Of a DNA stretch of 64,000 bases, positions 60,179 through 64,000 are shown piece by piece. The translations under genes were made by a program, and so were the position numbers. The notes under the pieces are model-generated. The model was not told the origin of the DNA. It saw only the letters and a program-made list of their open reading frames with translations, and made no database searches. Location: NCBI RefSeq assembly GCF_032444005.1, contig NC_091285.1, positions 228,284,001 to 228,348,000 of the forward strand, in the 5' to 3' direction. The stretch comes from Ranitomeya imitator (taxonomy: Eukaryota). The first letter of the stretch is position 1. Each line of letters begins with the position of its first letter.

Positions 60179-60335
60179 GTTCTGTAGAAGGACGTAGATC
60201 TGGGGATTTATTATGATTGAATATAGGCTGAACTGGATGGACAAATGTCTTTTTTCGGCCTTACTAACTATGTTACTATGTTATATGGAGTATTTTGAAA
60301 GTATGCTATGGGACAAATGGGTGACTATTTATTAA

Positions 60336-62621
60336 CCCCTTTCTGACATTGGACGTACTATCCCGTCGAGGTGGGGTGGGCCCCTATGACCACCGACGGG
60401 ATTGCACGTCATATGCGATCGGCAGCACTCACGGGGGGAGCGCGGCCGATCGCGGCCGGGTGTCAGCTGCCTATCGCAGCTGACATCCGGCACTATGTGC
60501 CAGGAGCGGTCACGGACCGCCCCCGGCACATTAACCCCTGGCACACCGCAATCAAAGATGATCGCGATGTGCCGGTGGTACAGGGAAGCACCGCACAGGG
60601 AGGGGGCTCCCTGCGGGCTTCCCTGAGCCCCCCGCAGCAACGCGATGTGATGCTTCTAAGTCTGCATTCCAAATGGAGCTCCTTCCCTTCCGAGCCCTCC
60701 CATGCGCCCAAACAGTGGTTCCCCCCCACATATGGGGTATCAGCGCACTCAGGACAAATTGGACAACAAATTTTTGGGTCCAATTTCTCCTGTTACCCTT
60801 GGGAAAATACAAAACTGGGGGCTAAAAAATAAATTTTGTGGGAAAAATTTTTTGTTTTATTTTTACGGCTCTCCATTATAAACTTCTGTGAAGCCCTTGG
60901 TGGGTCAAAGCGCTCACCACACATCTAGATAAGTTCCTTAGGGGGTCTAGTTTCCAAAATGGTGTCACTTGTGGGGGGTTTCTACTGTTTAGGTACATTA
61001 GGGGCTCTGCAAACGCAATGTGACACCTGCAGACCATTCCATCTAAGTCTGCATTCAAATGGCACTCCTTCCCTTCCGAGCCCTCCCATGCGCCCAAACA
61101 GTGGTTTCCCCCCACATATGGGGTATCAGCGCACTCAGGACAAATTGGACAACAAATTTTGGGGTCCAACTTCTCCTGTTACCCTCGGGAAAATACAAAA
61201 CTGGGGGCTAAAAAATTATTTTTGTGGGAAAAAATTTTTGTTTTATTTTTACGGCTCTCCATTATAAACTTCTGTGAAGCCCTTGGTGGGTCAAAGCGCT
61301 CACCACACATCTAGATAAGTTCCTTTGGGGGTCTACTTTCCAAAATGGTGTCACTTGTGGGGGGTTTCAATGTTTAGGCACATCAGTGGCTCTCCAAACG
61401 CAACATGGCGTCCCATCTCAATTCCTGTCAATTTTGCATTGAAAAGTCAAACGGCGCTCCTTCCCTTCCGAGCTCTCCCATCCGCCCAAACAGTGGTTTA
61501 CCCCCACATATGGGGTATCAGAGTACTCAGGACAAATTGTACAACAGCTTTTGGGGTCCAATTTCTTCTCTTACCCTTGGAAAAATAAAAAATTGGGGGG
61601 AAAAATAATTCTTGTGAAAAAATATGATTTTTTATTTTTACGGTTCTGCATTATAAACTTCTGTGAAGCACTGGGTGGGTCAAAGTGCTCACCACACCTC
61701 TAGATAAGTTCCTTAGGGGGTCTACTTTCCAAAATGATGTCACTTGTGGGGGGTTTCAATGTTTAGGCACATCAGGGGCTCTCCAAACGAAACATAGCGT
61801 CCCATCTCAATTCCAGTCAATTTTGCATTGAAAAGTCAAATGGCGCTCCTTCGATTCCGAGCTGTGCCATGCGCCCAAACAGTGGTTTACCCCCACATGT
61901 GGGGTATTGGCGTACTCAGGACAAATTGTACAACAATGTTTGGGGTCCATTTTCTCCTGTTACCCTTGGTAAAATAAAACAAATTGGAGCTGAATAAAAT
62001 TTTTTGTGAAAAAAAGTAAAATGTTCATTTTTATTTAAACATTCAAAAAATTCATGTGAAGCACCAGAAGGGTTAATAAACTTCTTGAATGTGGTTTTGA
62101 GCACCATGAGGGGTGCAGTTTTTAGAATGGTGTCACACTTGGGAATTTTCTATCATATAGACCCCTCAAAATGACTTCAAATGAGATGTGGTCCCTAAAA
62201 AAAAATGGTGTTGTAGAAATGAGAAATTGCTGGTCAACTTTTAACCCTTATAACTCCCTAACAAAAAAAAATTTGGGTTCCAAAATTGTGCTGATGTAAA
62301 GTAGACATGTGGGAAATGTTACTTATTAAGTATTTTGTGTGACATATCTCTGTGATTTAATTGCATAAAAATTCAAAGTTGGAAAATTGCGACATTTTCA
62401 TAATTTTCTCCAAATTTCCATTTTTTTCACAAATAAACGCAGGTACTATCAAAGAATTTTTACCATTGTCATGAAGTACAATATGTCACGAGAAAACAAT
62501 GTCAGATTCACTGGGATCCGTTGAAGCGTTCCAGAGTTATAACCTCATAAAGGGACAGTGGTCAGAATTGTAAAAATTGGCCCGGTCATTAACGTGCAAA
62601 CCACCCTTGGGGGTAAAGGGG
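60336..62621. mobile_element. Non-autonomous piggyBac-like element with internal ~390-400-bp repeats
   Basis: TTAA at 60332-60335 and 62622-62625; termini CCCCTTT / AAAGGGG; ~3.5 internal repeats between ~60655 and 62050; no transposase. Confidence 0.82.
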
Positions 62622-62799
62622 TTAAAGGGGAAAAAAATATTTTTCATCAATTGATACTGTTATTATATGATATGCCCTGCTTGGGTTTTCATGCGTTATA
62701 CCTTCTAAATCGGTATAGATGTTCTTACGGATTAACTAGTTTCTATTTGTTGAAAACCATGGTTTTCTATATGTAGGTGGTTATGCAATTCTTTACATT

Positions 62800-63900
62800 T
62801 TTTACTTTATCATGCACTTATGTTTATATAAATTTCTCCTTCCAAATATGCCAGGTTTGAAGCATTGGGTTTTCCCTATTGTCTCTTTAAATATCCAGAG
62901 ACTTTCCTTAAACCTTACCTGTTTTTGGGCCGACCATATTTGCGCTGCACTTATGTGATTAGATGTTTGCATGTTTCTCATCGCTGCAAGGTAGATGCAT
63001 CTTGATTGCTACTGCGCATGCGCCTGACGGCAGTAATATACTTTGTTTATCTCCGGCCAGAGTGGGCTTCTCAGCCTTGCAATCTTCCTTCCTCTGTGTG
63101 CTGCACACGCGCCGATTGGCGCATGCGCACATTATCTCCTTTCAGACATCTTTAAACAGGAGCTTCGGCTTCTTTCATAGCTTTGCGCTAGCGCCGGCAT
63201 GCTGACTACTTCCGGTTTCCGGCTAATGCCGGCGCTATGAGATTGTTTCCTTATGCGCTCCTGGACTACAGCTGTTTCCTGACCAGCGTTAATTGCTAAG
63301 GCATTTAAGATTGATATACGCTCACTGCAACCACCGCCCCTGAAGAAGCCAGGGTTCCTGGCAACACGCGTTGGGCATTTAGTGCCCTTGTCTCCCCATT
63401 TCTTCTACCTCTTATTGCATTGATGCTCCTCACTGAGATCCTATTCTGGAAGCCCTATTCACAGGCTCAGGTTGTATAGGTCTTCTTTTGTCTCCCCATT
63501 TGAGGGAATTATTCTACTATTGTGGCCAAATGTTTAGTGTCATTCCATAAAGGGCGATCGCTTTTTCTCACAGGTTTGGAGCATTTATCTATGCATTTTA
63601 TAGCCCACGAGTATGGGCTTCCTTCATGTATGCGCTTATTATACCACACTGATAGGATGACTTCGTTTTCCCTGTGTAGCTACTTTTGAGTGATTATTAG
63701 CATCATAGATATTGATCTTTGGGGTGCGACAAGGGTATGACCCTATTATGGGTCTGTGTAGTTGTTTGTTGTTTGCAATTTTAAATGTTTTTAATCCTTT
63801 TGCAGTGTTTGTATTATGACCAAATAAAACTTACTATTTTTTCTGATACTTTTGTGTGGTGAGCCATGCAAAATGCATGCTATCTTTTCTTAGTTTGTTG
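62800..63900 (+). mobile_element. PLE terminal repeat-like region
   Basis: Degenerate hammerhead plus GCGCATGCGC and ACTTCCGG motifs, in the same layout as 30060-30270. Boundaries approximate. Confidence 0.55.
63336..63376 (+). ncRNA. Degenerate hammerhead ribozyme, probably inactive
   Basis: GCCC-CTGAAGA-A-GCCAGG(GTT)CCTGGC-AACA-C-GCG-TT-GGGC; stems intact but conserved GAAA reads AACA. Confidence 0.7.
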
Positions 63901-63904
63901 CACA

Positions 63905-64000
63905 CTCTCTCTCACACACACACACATATGCAGGCACACACACACACAAACGCAGGCACACACACACACACACACACAAATGCAGGCACACACACACGCA
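63905..64000. repeat. (CA)n/(CAGGCACACACA)n microsatellite
   Basis: Direct reading; same motif as 54860-55030. Confidence 0.92.

Larger units (their letters stand above)
55850..60283 (+). mobile_element. Near full-length CR1 LINE
   Basis: 5' UTR with ~90-bp duplication (56032, 56161); ORF1; ORF2; 3' hairpin GGCTGAA..TTCGGCC and ACTATGTT tail repeat. 5' boundary approximate. Confidence 0.93.

Overview
Eukaryotic genomic DNA made almost entirely of nested transposable elements and tandem repeats. The repeat families look vertebrate and anuran-like; the species is an inference only. No host gene exon, rRNA, tRNA or CRISPR array was recognised. Left to right: (1) a 13.5-kb hAT DNA transposon (1086-14605, 8-bp TSD) with a nearly intact BED-finger transposase, three internal tandem arrays and a MITE of its own family nested in it; (2) a tRNA-primed Gypsy element (14930-32392) whose 5' LTR holds a young chromodomain Gypsy (15520-21320) and whose 3' region holds a Penelope-like element (PLE) arranged as a ~1.5-kb-arm inverted repeat with two hammerhead ribozymes; (3) a 17-bp minisatellite; (4) a deleted Gmr1-like (SCAN-gag) element with a solo LTR; (5) a four-layer nest, Helitron > Tc1 > TA-MITE > solo LTR; (6) Harbinger MITEs fused to a truncated chromovirus-type Gypsy that sits in a second PLE; (7) low-complexity repeats, a PLE fragment, a near full-length CR1 LINE, a TTAA (piggyBac-like) non-autonomous element and a third PLE terminal repeat. 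Best leads: a co-varying Tf1-type self-priming signature in the chromovirus LTR families with a testable prediction; the hammerhead-bearing PLE fold-back; NRF1/ETS motifs upstream of the PLE hammerheads; and the satellite-carrying giant hAT. All alignments and counts were done by eye.
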